Virus record (IMG/VR): IMGVR_UViG_3300023184_000024 | Location: 1 to 64,000 of that record | Direction: 5' to 3' (one strand) | Length of the DNA stretch: 64,000 bases | Shown: positions 28,643 to 38,936 of the stretch, piece by piece | How the letters are laid out: every line of letters starts with the position of its first letter | How positions within the stretch are numbered: position 1 is the stretch's first letter | Position numbers and translations under genes: made by a program | Notes under the pieces: generated by a model | Told to the model about the DNA's origin: nothing | What the model saw: only the letters and a program-made list of their open reading frames with translations | Database searches by the model: none

Positions 28643-29938
28643 ATGGCACAGCAAATTATTGAAGTAGGACAAGCACCCAACGATGGGCTCGGCGATCCGT
28701 TACGTACCTCCTTTATTAAAATCAATGATAACTTTAGTGAATTGTACTCTGGTGCAATTGGCGGCACTGTAGATAATGTCTACTATGTGAGTAAGAGTGG
28801 CAACGATGGCAATGCCGGAAATTCTCTTGGTCAAAGTTTTTTAACAATAAAACGTGCAGTGGATGTGTCCACTGCTTACCTGGCCAATTATCCCACACGA
28901 AAAGTTTGTATTTTTGTAAAGAGTGGGGATTACACTGAAATTAATCCCATTCTAATGCCACGTAATCTCACCATATGGGGCGACAATCTACGCAGTGTAT
29001 CAGTGCGTCCGTTGACACCCACGTTAGATATTTTCCATGTACAAAACGGTGACTACTTGTCGGGCATGACTTTTAGAGGTCATATATCCCCGGCAGCCGC
29101 TGTGGCATTCCCCAGTGGTGGCGCTGGTGTTATTACCACCAGTCCTTATGTACAAAATTGCTCCAGCATCACCACTACTGGCACCGGTATGCGCATCGAT
29201 GGTGCGCTAGCTGGTGGTCTCAAGAGCATGGTCACAGATGCCTTCACACAGGTGAACGAGGGCGGAATAGGAATTCATATTTTGAATCAAGGCTACGCTC
29301 AACTAGTCAGCGTTTTTACTGTATGTTGTAATGTAGGAGTCCTGGTAGAATCTGGCGGCTATTGCAGTATTACCAACTCCAACACTGACTTTGGTACCTA
29401 TGGCCTAGTGGCCGACGGCAAAGTTGAGCTGTCTAACACCGGTGCTGTTGCTGGCCCTGATCATGTTGGGCAAAACATTTTAGTTGATGGCATGACTAGT
29501 CAACCCACATCAAACCAGAGCTTGAGTTTCGATGGTGGAGTGACTCTTTATGATATATGGGAAGCCACACCATTGACAGCTGGTGCCAGTGTGATTACCA
29601 TATCTGAATCTCTTGCAGTTCCATTTCCTGATAACACCCCAGTTACTTTTTACATACGCAGTGCTATAAATGCCAGTTCACATACCTTCGAATGGGTTGG
29701 CACAGGAGATACCTTAGCTAATGCACTGCCTGCCACTGGTGCTATGCCAGTACAGGCCAATGAAGTACAAGAATTAAATGGTGGTGTAGTGGTATATACC
29801 AGCACAGATCAACGTGGCGATTTTCGTATTGGTGGTCAACTTACCATTAATGGAGCAACTGGTACCATCACCGGTGACACATTTGACAAAGCCTTGTTTG
29901 CAGTGTTGACTCCATACGTATTAGCAATTGAAGGATAA
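28643..29938 (+). CDS. virion protein with beta-helix (pectin-lyase-like) region
   Basis: NDGLGDPLRTSF.KIN.NF.ELY; YYVSKSGND..G.S...F.TIK.A; GDNLR; SPYVQNC. Confidence 0.8.
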   Translation: MAQQIIEVGQAPNDGLGDPLRTSFIKINDNFSELYSGAIGGTVDNVYYVSKSGNDGNAGNSLGQSFLTIKRAVDVSTAYLANYPTRKVCIFVKSGDYTEINPILMPRNLTIWGDNLRSVSVRPLTPTLDIFHVQNGDYLSGMTFRGHISPAAAVAFPSGGAGVITTSPYVQNCSSITTTGTGMRIDGALAGGLKSMVTDAFTQVNEGGIGIHILNQGYAQLVSVFTVCCNVGVLVESGGYCSITNSNTDFGTYGLVADGKVELSNTGAVAGPDHVGQNILVDGMTSQPTSNQSLSFDGGVTLYDIWEATPLTAGASVITISESLAVPFPDNTPVTFYIRSAINASSHTFEWVGTGDTLANALPATGAMPVQANEVQELNGGVVVYTSTDQRGDFRIGGQLTINGATGTITGDTFDKALFAVLTPYVLAIEG

Positions 29939-29944
29939 CAAATA

Positions 29945-30271
29945 ATGGCAATTAATATTTTTAAAAGCGTGACAGAAAATTTAACTACAGCACTGACCAC
30001 GCTCTATACTGCACCGGTGGGCTACAGTGCAATTGTGTTAATGGCACAAATCAGTAACACCACTGGTAGTCCGGCAACTACCACAGTAAAAGTTGTAAAC
30101 GTTAGCACTGCCGAAACTTCTTTGGTCACTGGGTTTGAAATACCCGGCAATGACTCTGCCGGAGTGTTGACCGGAAAACTAGTGTTAGAACCCGGGCAAA
30201 GCATCAAAGCATTGGCCAGTGCCAACAGCACTTTGCAAATGGTAATGAGCATACTTGAATCACAGAACTAA
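29945..30271 (+). CDS. small virion structural protein
   Basis: LYTAP...LVLE.G.SI; located in the structural operon. Confidence 0.7.
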   Translation: MAINIFKSVTENLTTALTTLYTAPVGYSAIVLMAQISNTTGSPATTTVKVVNVSTAETSLVTGFEIPGNDSAGVLTGKLVLEPGQSIKALASANSTLQMVMSILESQN

Positions 30272-30274
30272 ACC

Positions 30275-32236
30275 ATGCCAATACTATTATCTGGAAAAGT
30301 AAAAACCACACCACCCGATCAAGTATCTGCTGAGAGATATGATTATCTGTCTCTGGAACAAGCTGAACCCAATCTTGGAGTACCTCCGGGAAATGCTTAT
30401 GTGTTAACCAGCAATGTTGATGGAACACGCACTTGGGGCCTACCTTCAGGATCCACCGGCGCCACAGGTGCCACTGGACTTACTGGTGCCACCGGCAGCA
30501 CAGGACCACAAGGCGCCACAGGCAGCACAGGTGTTCAAGGCGCCACAGGCATACAAGGCAGCACAGGACCAATCGGAGCCACCGGCAGCACAGGACCAAT
30601 CGGAGCCACCGGAGCAGGCAGCACAGGTGCCACAGGACTCAGGGGAGATCAATACTCTACTACATCATCTACATCATTGACCATTGGCACAGGAGTAAAA
30701 TCCTTGACAGTGGGAACAGGGCTGGCTTGGACTCCAGGTCAACCAGTTCTTATTGCATATGACTCTGTTAATACCATGTCTGGAACAGTGACCAGTTATA
30801 CTTCTGGTACCGGCGCTATGGTGACAAATATAACCTCTACCACTGGGTCTGGAACCTATACAAGTTGGGCTGTTAACTTATCTGGTGTTGCTGGAATCCC
30901 GGGAGCCACTGGTGTTTTTGGAGCCACTGGCAGTACAGGACCACAAGGTAGTACTGGCAGTACAGGACCACAAGGTGCCACTGGAGTAGTTGGGGCCACC
31001 GGCAGCACTGGCGTACAAGGTGCTACTGGCATACAAGGCAGCACTGGAGCAGGTAGCACAGGTGCTACTGGAGCCACAGGTCCTGTTTCCACAGAGCCTG
31101 GCGCAACAGGTGCCACCGGGGCAGGAGCCACAGGACCCATAGGCGCCACTGGTACGATCGGTGCTACTGGCAGCACAGGACCAGCAGGCAGCACAGGACC
31201 ACAAGGCACTCCTGGAGGAGCCACTGGCAGCACAGGTGCCACAGGACTAGGCGCAACAGGAGCCACAGGAGCATTTGGTCTTACTGGTTCTACCGGTGCA
31301 ACAGGCCCACAAGGCAATCCAGGAGGAGCCACTGGCAGCACTGGTGCCACAGGCATCACTGGAGCCACAGGAGTACCCGGGATATTTGCCGGAATAGGCG
31401 CAACTGGTAGTACAGGGCCACAAGGACCACAAGGAAATCAAGGCGCACAAGGCAATCCAGGCGGAGCCACAGGCGCCACTGGATCTACAGGGCCGACTGG
31501 CGCAACTGGAATTCCTGGATCATTTGCTGCCATGGGCGCAACTGGCGCATCAGGGCCAACTGGATCTACAGGGCCGACTGGCGCAACTGGACCAGCAGGT
31601 ACACCGGGGTCAACTGGTCCTACATCTAGTCTTAGTGTGGTTGACACAGCTGACAACAACGATTACTATGTGTCATTCTTGGCACAATTTACAGGCACCA
31701 CAAACACAGTTTATGTGGCCAATCCAGAATTCAAATTCAACCCTTCTACTAAAAACCTAACAGTGGGCGGGATAATAAATGCCAACAGTGATGGGTTTGG
31801 TAATATTGGATCCCTAGGGGGATCATTTAACACAGTGTTTGCCAAATCAACCAGCGCACAGTATGCTGACTTGGCCGAGTATTATTTGGCTGATCAAGAT
31901 TATCCACCAGGTACTGTGGTCAAGTTTGGTGGCACAGAAGAACTCACCATTGCAGATCAAGATCTTGATCCAACCATTGCTGGAATAGTATCCACTACTC
32001 CAGCCTATGCTATGAACTCAAGCCTAACTGGTGAACATGTCATTGCTGTGGCACTGGTAGGCCGTGCACCGTGCTTGGTCAAAGGACCTGTGCGTCGGGG
32101 GCAAATGATGGTGTCAGCTGGTGATGGCTATGCCCGAGCTGAAAACAGTCCTGCCATGGGCACAGTAATTGGCAAATCGCTAGAAGATTTCAATGAAGAA
32201 TCGGGCAAAATTGAAATTCTTGTTGGAAGAATGTAA
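30275..32236 (+). CDS. Thr-rich collagen-like fibre protein with C-terminal chaperone-like domain
   Basis: Long G-X-T/G-P-Q triplet runs; C-terminal YADLAEYY...G.VST.PA...VALVGR...GK.LE. Confidence 0.85.
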   Translation: MPILLSGKVKTTPPDQVSAERYDYLSLEQAEPNLGVPPGNAYVLTSNVDGTRTWGLPSGSTGATGATGLTGATGSTGPQGATGSTGVQGATGIQGSTGPIGATGSTGPIGATGAGSTGATGLRGDQYSTTSSTSLTIGTGVKSLTVGTGLAWTPGQPVLIAYDSVNTMSGTVTSYTSGTGAMVTNITSTTGSGTYTSWAVNLSGVAGIPGATGVFGATGSTGPQGSTGSTGPQGATGVVGATGSTGVQGATGIQGSTGAGSTGATGATGPVSTEPGATGATGAGATGPIGATGTIGATGSTGPAGSTGPQGTPGGATGSTGATGLGATGATGAFGLTGSTGATGPQGNPGGATGSTGATGITGATGVPGIFAGIGATGSTGPQGPQGNQGAQGNPGGATGATGSTGPTGATGIPGSFAAMGATGASGPTGSTGPTGATGPAGTPGSTGPTSSLSVVDTADNNDYYVSFLAQFTGTTNTVYVANPEFKFNPSTKNLTVGGIINANSDGFGNIGSLGGSFNTVFAKSTSAQYADLAEYYLADQDYPPGTVVKFGGTEELTIADQDLDPTIAGIVSTTPAYAMNSSLTGEHVIAVALVGRAPCLVKGPVRRGQMMVSAGDGYARAENSPAMGTVIGKSLEDFNEESGKIEILVGRM

Positions 32237-34902
32237 TGCCTACTTCACCGGATAGAATTTCCTGGATTACTCCGGCCGGAAATCTGGGTACAATCCCCGA
32301 AGGAATATTCTTCCAGGTGCCTATTTTAGCAAATGTTCCTGCAGGCAGAGACGTGTATTATCGAATGCTTGCTGGGTCGTTGCCCGACGGTATACAATGC
32401 CGCAAAACTGGATTGATTGAAGGCACCCCCAAGGCAATAGCAAGCTTGCAAGGCGTACCGCAAGAAGTGTCTAGAGATGTAACTTCGACGTTTACTGTAA
32501 GGGCGTACACTGAAATAATGGTCAACGGGCGCGAAATCATCGATCAAGTTTTGGATCGTACCTTTTCGTTGACTGTGACCGGCAACGATATTCCTGATTT
32601 TATTACACCTCCGGGATTGATTGGAACATACTACGACGGATCAGAAGTTGCGATACCCATAGAATTCACTGATAGAGATCCCGATGACAGAGTAAAAATA
32701 TCAATATTATCTGGTGCATTGCCACCAGGATTGGTGTTAACTAAAACAGGTATAATCACTGGATTTATTTCTCCACTGGTTGGACCACCGGGCACTGCTG
32801 ATCCGGGCTACGATGACACCTCCAAAGACCAATACCCAAATGATTTTACTACACGGGCCGCCAGTCAAAACTTTCAATTTACAGTTGGCATAACAGATGG
32901 CAAAGAATCAAATGTTAGAACTTTTCAAATCTATGTGTATGCCAAACAATCAATGTCGGCTGACACCACTGATTTCACAACCGACAATACATTCATCACT
33001 GCCGACGTTATGCCGCAGAGAACACCGGTTCTTATCACCCACCCCGGTGACCTAGGAAGAATTAGAGCAGACAATTATTTCTCTTACAAGTTTGATGCCA
33101 TTGATTTCGACGGAGATGCTGTTGAATACAGCATCCTTGTTGGATCAGGAATTGGCTACGACAGCGAAGGGTTTGATGCCAGCGATGCCGGCTTTGATCG
33201 AGGATCATTTAGTTTACCACCCGGACTTAGTATAGATTCTGAAACTGGGTGGTTTTACGGATATGTGCCCGATCAAGGAGCAACCGAACGTTCCTATAGA
33301 TTTGCTATTCGAGTTTTTAAACGCGACTACCCTGAATTTATTTCAAAATTTTATTATTTTACCGTTACTATTATTGGAAATATTGACACTGAGGTTACTT
33401 GGTTAACAGATCCTTATCTTGGAACCATTAACAATGGCGCAGTAAGCTATTTTTCTGTGTCGGCAATAAATGTTGGTGGAAGGTCATTGCAGTACAGATT
33501 GTTGTCCGGCTCCGACAGCAAGTTACCGCAAGGTCTACGTTTACTGTCATCTGGTAATATTGTGGGACGAGTAAGTTTCAATACATTTGCACTAGACAAC
33601 GGAACTACCACATTCGATAAAGAATTGGGTACCAGGTTAGAAGTCAACGAAACAACGTTTGACTTGGAATTTAATTTCACAGTTAATGCATTTGCATCAC
33701 AAAGTCAACAAATTGAATATCAGGTAAGTTCCATTGTACTATCCAATGGTGGCTTGGGATACACAAGCCAACCTACTGTGACTATTTCACCGCCGCCAAA
33801 CACTGCTGGAGCAATACAGGCCACTGCAGGACTGGTAACTATTCAAGGCGGTGCAATCACAGCAATCAATTTAGGCAACCCTGGATTGGGATACCAAGCA
33901 CCGCCAACTATTACCATCACAGGCGGCGGTGGCAATGGAGCAAAGGCTGTTGCTCAGATAATTGAAGCAAAACAAGTAAATGCTGTTTCTGTGCTAAGAA
34001 GATTTACAATCAATGTCAATCGTGTATTTGACCAACCCTACGAAACATTGTATATTAAAGCAATGCCACCTGCCAACGACAGAACAATTATTTCACAATT
34101 GTTGCAGGACCAACAATTGATTCCTGTCAGCGAACTATATCGAGCCGATGATGTAAACTTTGGAGTTGCACAAAATGTACGATACAATCATGCATATGGA
34201 CTTACAGCATCAACGCTGGAAAAATATGTCAGTGCATTGGATTTAAATCATTATTGGAAAAATTTAACGTTGGGTAAGATCAAATTGGCCCGAGCACTTG
34301 ATCCGGCTGGCAATGTTTTGTATGAAGTAATCTACAGCGAAGTCATTGATAATTTAGTCAACAACCAAGGACAAAGTGTAGGAAAATCTGTTACATTGCC
34401 GTATCCTGTAACACAAGGTGCTACTGAGATTACCACAGTTTATCCCAACAGTTTAATAGACATGAGAAACCAAGTCATTGACACTGTGGGGCAGGTCAGC
34501 CCAGCGTTGCCGTTGTGGATGATATCTAAACAATCCAATGGAAATGTACTGGGTTTTACTCCTGCTTGGGTCATTGCATATATCCAACCGGGCAAGGGCG
34601 AAAAGATATTGTACAATATTAATAGACGCTTTGGCACAGAACTTAACAAAATTGACTTTGAAGTTGATAGATACGAGCTAGACAAATCAATGACTTTTGC
34701 CTATTCTGGCTACGAGGACAGCACCGGTCAGGGATATTGGCTGCCAGCACCTCCGGTTGCAACCACCTTTGACGGAACCATGACACCGCCTACCGTTTTT
34801 GACGGAACCAGCACTGATTTTATCACTCCATCAGATACTGTAACCAGCATTGACACGTTTGATAAATATCTCGTATTCCCCAAGATCAATATTTTAGGAT
34901 AA
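32236..34902 (+). CDS. baseplate wedge-like protein with putative Ig repeats
   Basis: Repeated W.T..G.LG and G.LP.GL.L...G.I.G motifs; GxGY..PTVTI. Confidence 0.7.
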   Translation: MPTSPDRISWITPAGNLGTIPEGIFFQVPILANVPAGRDVYYRMLAGSLPDGIQCRKTGLIEGTPKAIASLQGVPQEVSRDVTSTFTVRAYTEIMVNGREIIDQVLDRTFSLTVTGNDIPDFITPPGLIGTYYDGSEVAIPIEFTDRDPDDRVKISILSGALPPGLVLTKTGIITGFISPLVGPPGTADPGYDDTSKDQYPNDFTTRAASQNFQFTVGITDGKESNVRTFQIYVYAKQSMSADTTDFTTDNTFITADVMPQRTPVLITHPGDLGRIRADNYFSYKFDAIDFDGDAVEYSILVGSGIGYDSEGFDASDAGFDRGSFSLPPGLSIDSETGWFYGYVPDQGATERSYRFAIRVFKRDYPEFISKFYYFTVTIIGNIDTEVTWLTDPYLGTINNGAVSYFSVSAINVGGRSLQYRLLSGSDSKLPQGLRLLSSGNIVGRVSFNTFALDNGTTTFDKELGTRLEVNETTFDLEFNFTVNAFASQSQQIEYQVSSIVLSNGGLGYTSQPTVTISPPPNTAGAIQATAGLVTIQGGAITAINLGNPGLGYQAPPTITITGGGGNGAKAVAQIIEAKQVNAVSVLRRFTINVNRVFDQPYETLYIKAMPPANDRTIISQLLQDQQLIPVSELYRADDVNFGVAQNVRYNHAYGLTASTLEKYVSALDLNHYWKNLTLGKIKLARALDPAGNVLYEVIYSEVIDNLVNNQGQSVGKSVTLPYPVTQGATEITTVYPNSLIDMRNQVIDTVGQVSPALPLWMISKQSNGNVLGFTPAWVIAYIQPGKGEKILYNINRRFGTELNKIDFEVDRYELDKSMTFAYSGYEDSTGQGYWLPAPPVATTFDGTMTPPTVFDGTSTDFITPSDTVTSIDTFDKYLVFPKINILG

Positions 34903-34906
34903 TAGG

Positions 34907-35788
34907 ATGACATCAAATATAAACCCAAACAACATCGACGGCTCTTATCCAGTTGCCGGTCAAGACAACGACAGCCAAGGTTTTCGTGACAATTTTACCA
35001 ATATTAAAACAAACTTTGCGTATGCAAGTGCCGAAATAACAGATTTGGAAAACAATGCTGTGTTAAAAGGCGCATTGACCGGGTCTGTTTTAAACAATAA
35101 TATGAACGGCAGTATATTGTCTAATGCCCAACTGCAAGACATGAGTGAAACCAAAGTCTCTATGGGCACAGTTACAGGTTCACAGACAATTAACTACATG
35201 TCTGGACCATATTACACATTGACCACAGCTGGCTCAGTGTCGTTGACTTTTACTAACTTTCCGCCAGCTGGCCAAGTCGGGCGTATAAGATTTCAAATCA
35301 CAGTGGCCAATACAGCACACACACTGACATTGCCAGGGGTGGTCAACGTGGGCACTTCTAACATACAAGGTATCAGCTCAAATATTATTACTTTTAATAA
35401 AACTGGTACGTACGAGTTTGAATTTGAAAGCAGTGACGGTGGGTCAACAGTTACAATCATTGATCAAAATAGGAACTTGGATCCTATATATTTGCCCAGC
35501 AAAGAGGATTTGGCAGACACAGCGGCTGCCAGCACTTTGCTGACCACCAGTTATTTTACCACTGCCGGTTCAGAATCTGCCACACTGGCAGCCGGAGTAG
35601 AAGGTCAGGTAAAAGTGTTGGCCATGTACGGGGATGGTGGTGACATGGACATTACTGTTACCAACGCAGGGTGGAAATCATCGGGCACGGGCGTTGTTAC
35701 ATTTGACACAATTGGCGATGCGTGTACATTGATGTACATCAACTCAAAATGGTTTGCCATCGGCAATAATGGTTGTGTATTTTCTTAA
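34907..35788 (+). CDS. virion structural (baseplate) protein
   Basis: YPVAGQDNDSQGFRDNF..IK.NF. Confidence 0.7.
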   Translation: MTSNINPNNIDGSYPVAGQDNDSQGFRDNFTNIKTNFAYASAEITDLENNAVLKGALTGSVLNNNMNGSILSNAQLQDMSETKVSMGTVTGSQTINYMSGPYYTLTTAGSVSLTFTNFPPAGQVGRIRFQITVANTAHTLTLPGVVNVGTSNIQGISSNIITFNKTGTYEFEFESSDGGSTVTIIDQNRNLDPIYLPSKEDLADTAAASTLLTTSYFTTAGSESATLAAGVEGQVKVLAMYGDGGDMDITVTNAGWKSSGTGVVTFDTIGDACTLMYINSKWFAIGNNGCVFS

Positions 35789-35797
35789 CCAAAACAA

Positions 35798-35843
35798 TTG
35801 ACATCAATGGCCCTTGATGCTATACTAGCAACAAGGGCTTTTT
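35798..35843 (+). promoter_or_regulatory. early promoter embedded in a terminator hairpin
   Basis: TTGACA-17-TATACT; stem GCCCTTG.TGCTA/TAGCA.CAAGGGC followed by TTTTT. Confidence 0.75.
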
Positions 35844-35848
35844 CTTAA

Positions 35849-36088
35849 ATGGACCATCCACTAATAAACAACATTGACTCATTGTCGATTGAAGAACTTC
35901 AATCAAAAATATCAGACCTTACAAAAAAACTTGGGTTTGCTCATCGTACTGGCAACCAAAACTTAATTGGGCAAATAAGACTGGCGCTTAATTCGTACCA
36001 GGGCAAATACAACGAAAAAGTTCAAGCAATGTACGAGTCCACTAGAAAATCTGGACCGGACTTTTCGGATAAAATAGATATATCATGA
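35849..36088 (+). CDS. hypothetical coiled-coil protein
   Basis: HPL...LS..EL..KI..L.KK. Confidence 0.7.
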   Translation: MDHPLINNIDSLSIEELQSKISDLTKKLGFAHRTGNQNLIGQIRLALNSYQGKYNEKVQAMYESTRKSGPDFSDKIDIS

Positions 36089-36687
36089 ATGTAAGACTTA
36101 AACGATCTTTTGACTTTTACGCCGGGATGGTCTATGACCAGGAATTCTCGGTGAATCGTTATACTTTAACCGTAAGTATGACAACACAAACGTCGGATGT
36201 TGATATGCATAATATTGCATATGAACGTATTAAATATTGGATTAATTATGTTTTGCATAATTCAGTACTGATTTCAGAATCTGACCCAACTTTGGAAAAA
36301 TGGCTGGCCACCGAACAGCGAATACTGATTTTGCCCGATCAACCGGTTGATCAATTAGTTGGAATTATGTTATACTTAAAACTGACTGCCATCATTGAAC
36401 AACAGTTTTTAATATCAGAAGTTGAGATATCCAGTGACGATGGTGATGAAATGATTTATCTACATGGTGCAGATGAATCTCTTGGCCCAATGGACGCCAA
36501 TGGATGGTGGAATGACCCTAAACCAAATTGGATTACCAATCCTAGAAAAAAATCTAGCACAGGAAAAGTTATCAAGTTAACTCGTATACCGGAATGGAAA
36601 GAACTCGAGTTAGATTTTGTCATGAACAACGACAACGTAGACTGTGAAATATTAGTTGGAAATTTTATCAAAGATGATAAAAAATAA
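36085..36687 (+). CDS. hypothetical protein, possible QueD/PTPS-like T-fold
   Basis: Weak pattern only (LHNSVLI...LP..P.D). Confidence 0.55.
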   Translation: MNVRLKRSFDFYAGMVYDQEFSVNRYTLTVSMTTQTSDVDMHNIAYERIKYWINYVLHNSVLISESDPTLEKWLATEQRILILPDQPVDQLVGIMLYLKLTAIIEQQFLISEVEISSDDGDEMIYLHGADESLGPMDANGWWNDPKPNWITNPRKKSSTGKVIKLTRIPEWKELELDFVMNNDNVDCEILVGNFIKDDKK

Positions 36688-37198
36688 TTTTGGTGAGATT
36701 GTGTTGGACGAAAATGACCTTTGTGACCTGGTCATGCAAGGACATGATCTTTCTACAGTGTCAAATGCTGTGGTTGATCAATCTGTAAACATTGAGAAAT
36801 TTGCCACCATACTAGAGCACCCAATTGAATCTTTGGCCACATGGACGTTGCCCAACAACAGCAACATGTCAATCTCGGAATGGGACAGTTTGAATCAACA
36901 AACTTGGTACATGCCCGAAGAATATAAAAACATCGACATTGCTGAATATATACTAGGGTTATGTAAAACATCCGAGGAAATGCAGAGATGTGGGGAAGAG
37001 TTACTTCTTTATCAAGAGCGCAATTTATTTGACTTATTAAGGTACTTAAAGTACCTAGTAGATGTCATGCGCAACAACAACTTGATTTGGGGAGTTGGAC
37101 GGGGATCTAGTGTGTCTAGCTATGTGTTATATCTATTAGGAGTACATAAGATTGACAGTTTATACTATGATTTAGACCCGCAGGAATTTTTACGTTAA
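36674..37198 (+). CDS. dnaE: DNA polymerase III alpha-like fragment (split DnaE)
   Basis: R..EEL...LKYLVD....WGVGRGSSVSSYVLYLLG...ID; ends before the PDxD motif. Confidence 0.8.
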   Translation: MIKNNFGEIVLDENDLCDLVMQGHDLSTVSNAVVDQSVNIEKFATILEHPIESLATWTLPNNSNMSISEWDSLNQQTWYMPEEYKNIDIAEYILGLCKTSEEMQRCGEELLLYQERNLFDLLRYLKYLVDVMRNNNLIWGVGRGSSVSSYVLYLLGVHKIDSLYYDLDPQEFLR

Positions 37199-37225
37199 AT
37201 ACCATTATTCATACAAGGATTAAAA

Positions 37226-37708
37226 ATGACACGCAAACTTTATCGATCAGCACAAGGAAAAACCATAGACATTGGCGCACTACAATTGCGAAATGAAAGC
37301 ATTCGAGCTGTGGGCAATATGGGCGTAAACGCCCGTGGGGACTTGGTCGACTCTACTAATACACCTATTTCTAGTAGAAATACACAGGTATCTAAACAGT
37401 ACAATCGGCAGGTATCTAATGTCAATGATTCGCCGGTGTTCAGCAGTGCAAAAGCACAGAGTGCTGTAGTAATTGATATTCCTGAGCCACCAGAAGATTT
37501 TGATGACAACTTTGAAAAGATTGTTGAGGATTCTGCCACAGACGAATCACCGGTCAACAGTGTCCCAAGGGAAAGAAAAAATGATCGTACTGCGCCTAGC
37601 TCAAAGATACCCCAGGGTGGTCTGGCAAGTGCTATTGCAAAAGCACGGCAAGTCAAGCAAGATCCACTGACATCACCAAACAAATCAAACGGTCCTTCTA
37701 GAATCTAA
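37226..37708 (+). CDS. conserved late hypothetical protein
   Basis: YRSAQGK.ID...AVGNM.VNARGD. Confidence 0.75.
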   Translation: MTRKLYRSAQGKTIDIGALQLRNESIRAVGNMGVNARGDLVDSTNTPISSRNTQVSKQYNRQVSNVNDSPVFSSAKAQSAVVIDIPEPPEDFDDNFEKIVEDSATDESPVNSVPRERKNDRTAPSSKIPQGGLASAIAKARQVKQDPLTSPNKSNGPSRI

Positions 37709-37709
37709 T

Positions 37710-38093
37710 ATGAGTAAACCTGCTTTTTCTCCTTCCCGTATTAAAAAACTCACAGCACTCAACAGTGATGTTATTGCCACAGACATGGTGTTTGACGTTC
37801 GAACACTGTCTAGTGGAATTATTTTGCTGGATGACAACGGAACCACTGCTGGTATCCGACCACGTTGGGGATGTGTGTATGCTGTTGGACCCAACCAAAC
37901 AGATGTTAAAATTGGTGACTGGATCTGTGTGACTCACGGTCGCTGGAGCCGTGGTCTTGACATCGAAGACGATGAAGGCAAAAAGACCATACGCAAAATC
38001 GATCCCAAAGACATTCTGCTGATCTCAGATGAAAGACCGTCTGACGACACAATGAGCGATGCCATTCAAGCACAGGCCAAGAATCGATTCTAA
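37710..38093 (+). CDS. groES: GroES-like co-chaperonin
   Basis: SGIIL...G.VYAVGP...VK.GD...DIL. Confidence 0.75.
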   Translation: MSKPAFSPSRIKKLTALNSDVIATDMVFDVRTLSSGIILLDDNGTTAGIRPRWGCVYAVGPNQTDVKIGDWICVTHGRWSRGLDIEDDEGKKTIRKIDPKDILLISDERPSDDTMSDAIQAQAKNRF

Positions 38094-38317
38094 TGGGATT
38101 TAAACAACGTTGGGACATGCCAGATATGTATTCACAGATACGTGCTCTGGCAATTGAAATTCGCAGTCCTTACAATGACGGTTTTACCTCTTTCTCTTGC
38201 AAACAAGAACTTTATATGTTAAAATGCTTTATAGAAGACAACTACAGTGATCTTCCTAAGTTTAGCGGAGAAGAAGAGTGGGAACAACAGAGAATAATAC
38301 AAAAACTCAAGAAGTAG
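38093..38317 (+). CDS. hypothetical protein
   Basis: SPYNDGF; coupled. Confidence 0.7.
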   Translation: MGFKQRWDMPDMYSQIRALAIEIRSPYNDGFTSFSCKQELYMLKCFIEDNYSDLPKFSGEEEWEQQRIIQKLKK

Positions 38318-38562
38318 TTTGCAACACCTGCAAACTACCTTACCATCCCAATTGCGATTACAAACAAGGGCGTTGCCCACACCATAAACCTGTGATTAAA
38401 ATTCAACCAAAAGATACTAGCCGGGGACATTTCTATGTCAGCCTTGCAAAAAGTTTTATTCGCATTGGCGCAGGATGTTGGTTAATGACCGGCAACTTGT
38501 TAATGGCCGGTGTTTGTTTTATTCTAGCAGAAGTGTTTGGAATTTTTGAGGAACTAGTATGA
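38278..38562 (+). CDS. small membrane protein with Cys-rich N-terminus
   Basis: CxxC...C...CPH; HFYVSL.KS..RI...AE..GI.EEL. Confidence 0.6.
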   Translation: MGTTENNTKTQEVVCNTCKLPYHPNCDYKQGRCPHHKPVIKIQPKDTSRGHFYVSLAKSFIRIGAGCWLMTGNLLMAGVCFILAEVFGIFEELV

Positions 38563-38933
38563 ATCCCTTTCGCGATCAAGAAAAATTTATGCGAGCGTGT
38601 GATCAAAGTGTTGATACACTAAATGCAGAACAATACAAATTGTATTTGACCCTCATGGAAGAAGAATGGAGAGAACTCAAGGCTGCTCTCCTAATGGAAG
38701 ATCGAGTTGAACAACTCGACGCATTGCTGGACTTTGTTGTTGTCACCATTGGTGCTATTCATAGCGGTGGCTTTGACGGAGAAGGCGGATGGAAAGAAGT
38801 AATGAGTACTAATCTTGCCAAAATAGACAAAGAAACTGGCAAAGTGCGTAAACGTGAAGATGGCAAAGTGCTTAAACCAGTGGGCTGGACTGCTCCTGAT
38901 CTAACCCCGTATGTTACTAAAATTGGAAAATAA
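38559..38933 (+). CDS. MazG-like/PRA-PH NTP pyrophosphohydrolase
   Basis: EE..EL...DAL.D..VV...EV..TN..K...REDGKVLKP. Confidence 0.85.
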   Translation: MNPFRDQEKFMRACDQSVDTLNAEQYKLYLTLMEEEWRELKAALLMEDRVEQLDALLDFVVVTIGAIHSGGFDGEGGWKEVMSTNLAKIDKETGKVRKREDGKVLKPVGWTAPDLTPYVTKIGK

Positions 38934-38936
38934 TCA

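Noticed and set aside
30414-31760. Alternate-frame and antisense ORFs over the collagen gene
   Set aside because: By-products of GGN-GCN-ACN repeats lacking stop codons
36674-37198. dnaE pseudogene or split intein
   Set aside because: Clean coupled ORF, no adjacent remnant, no intein motifs
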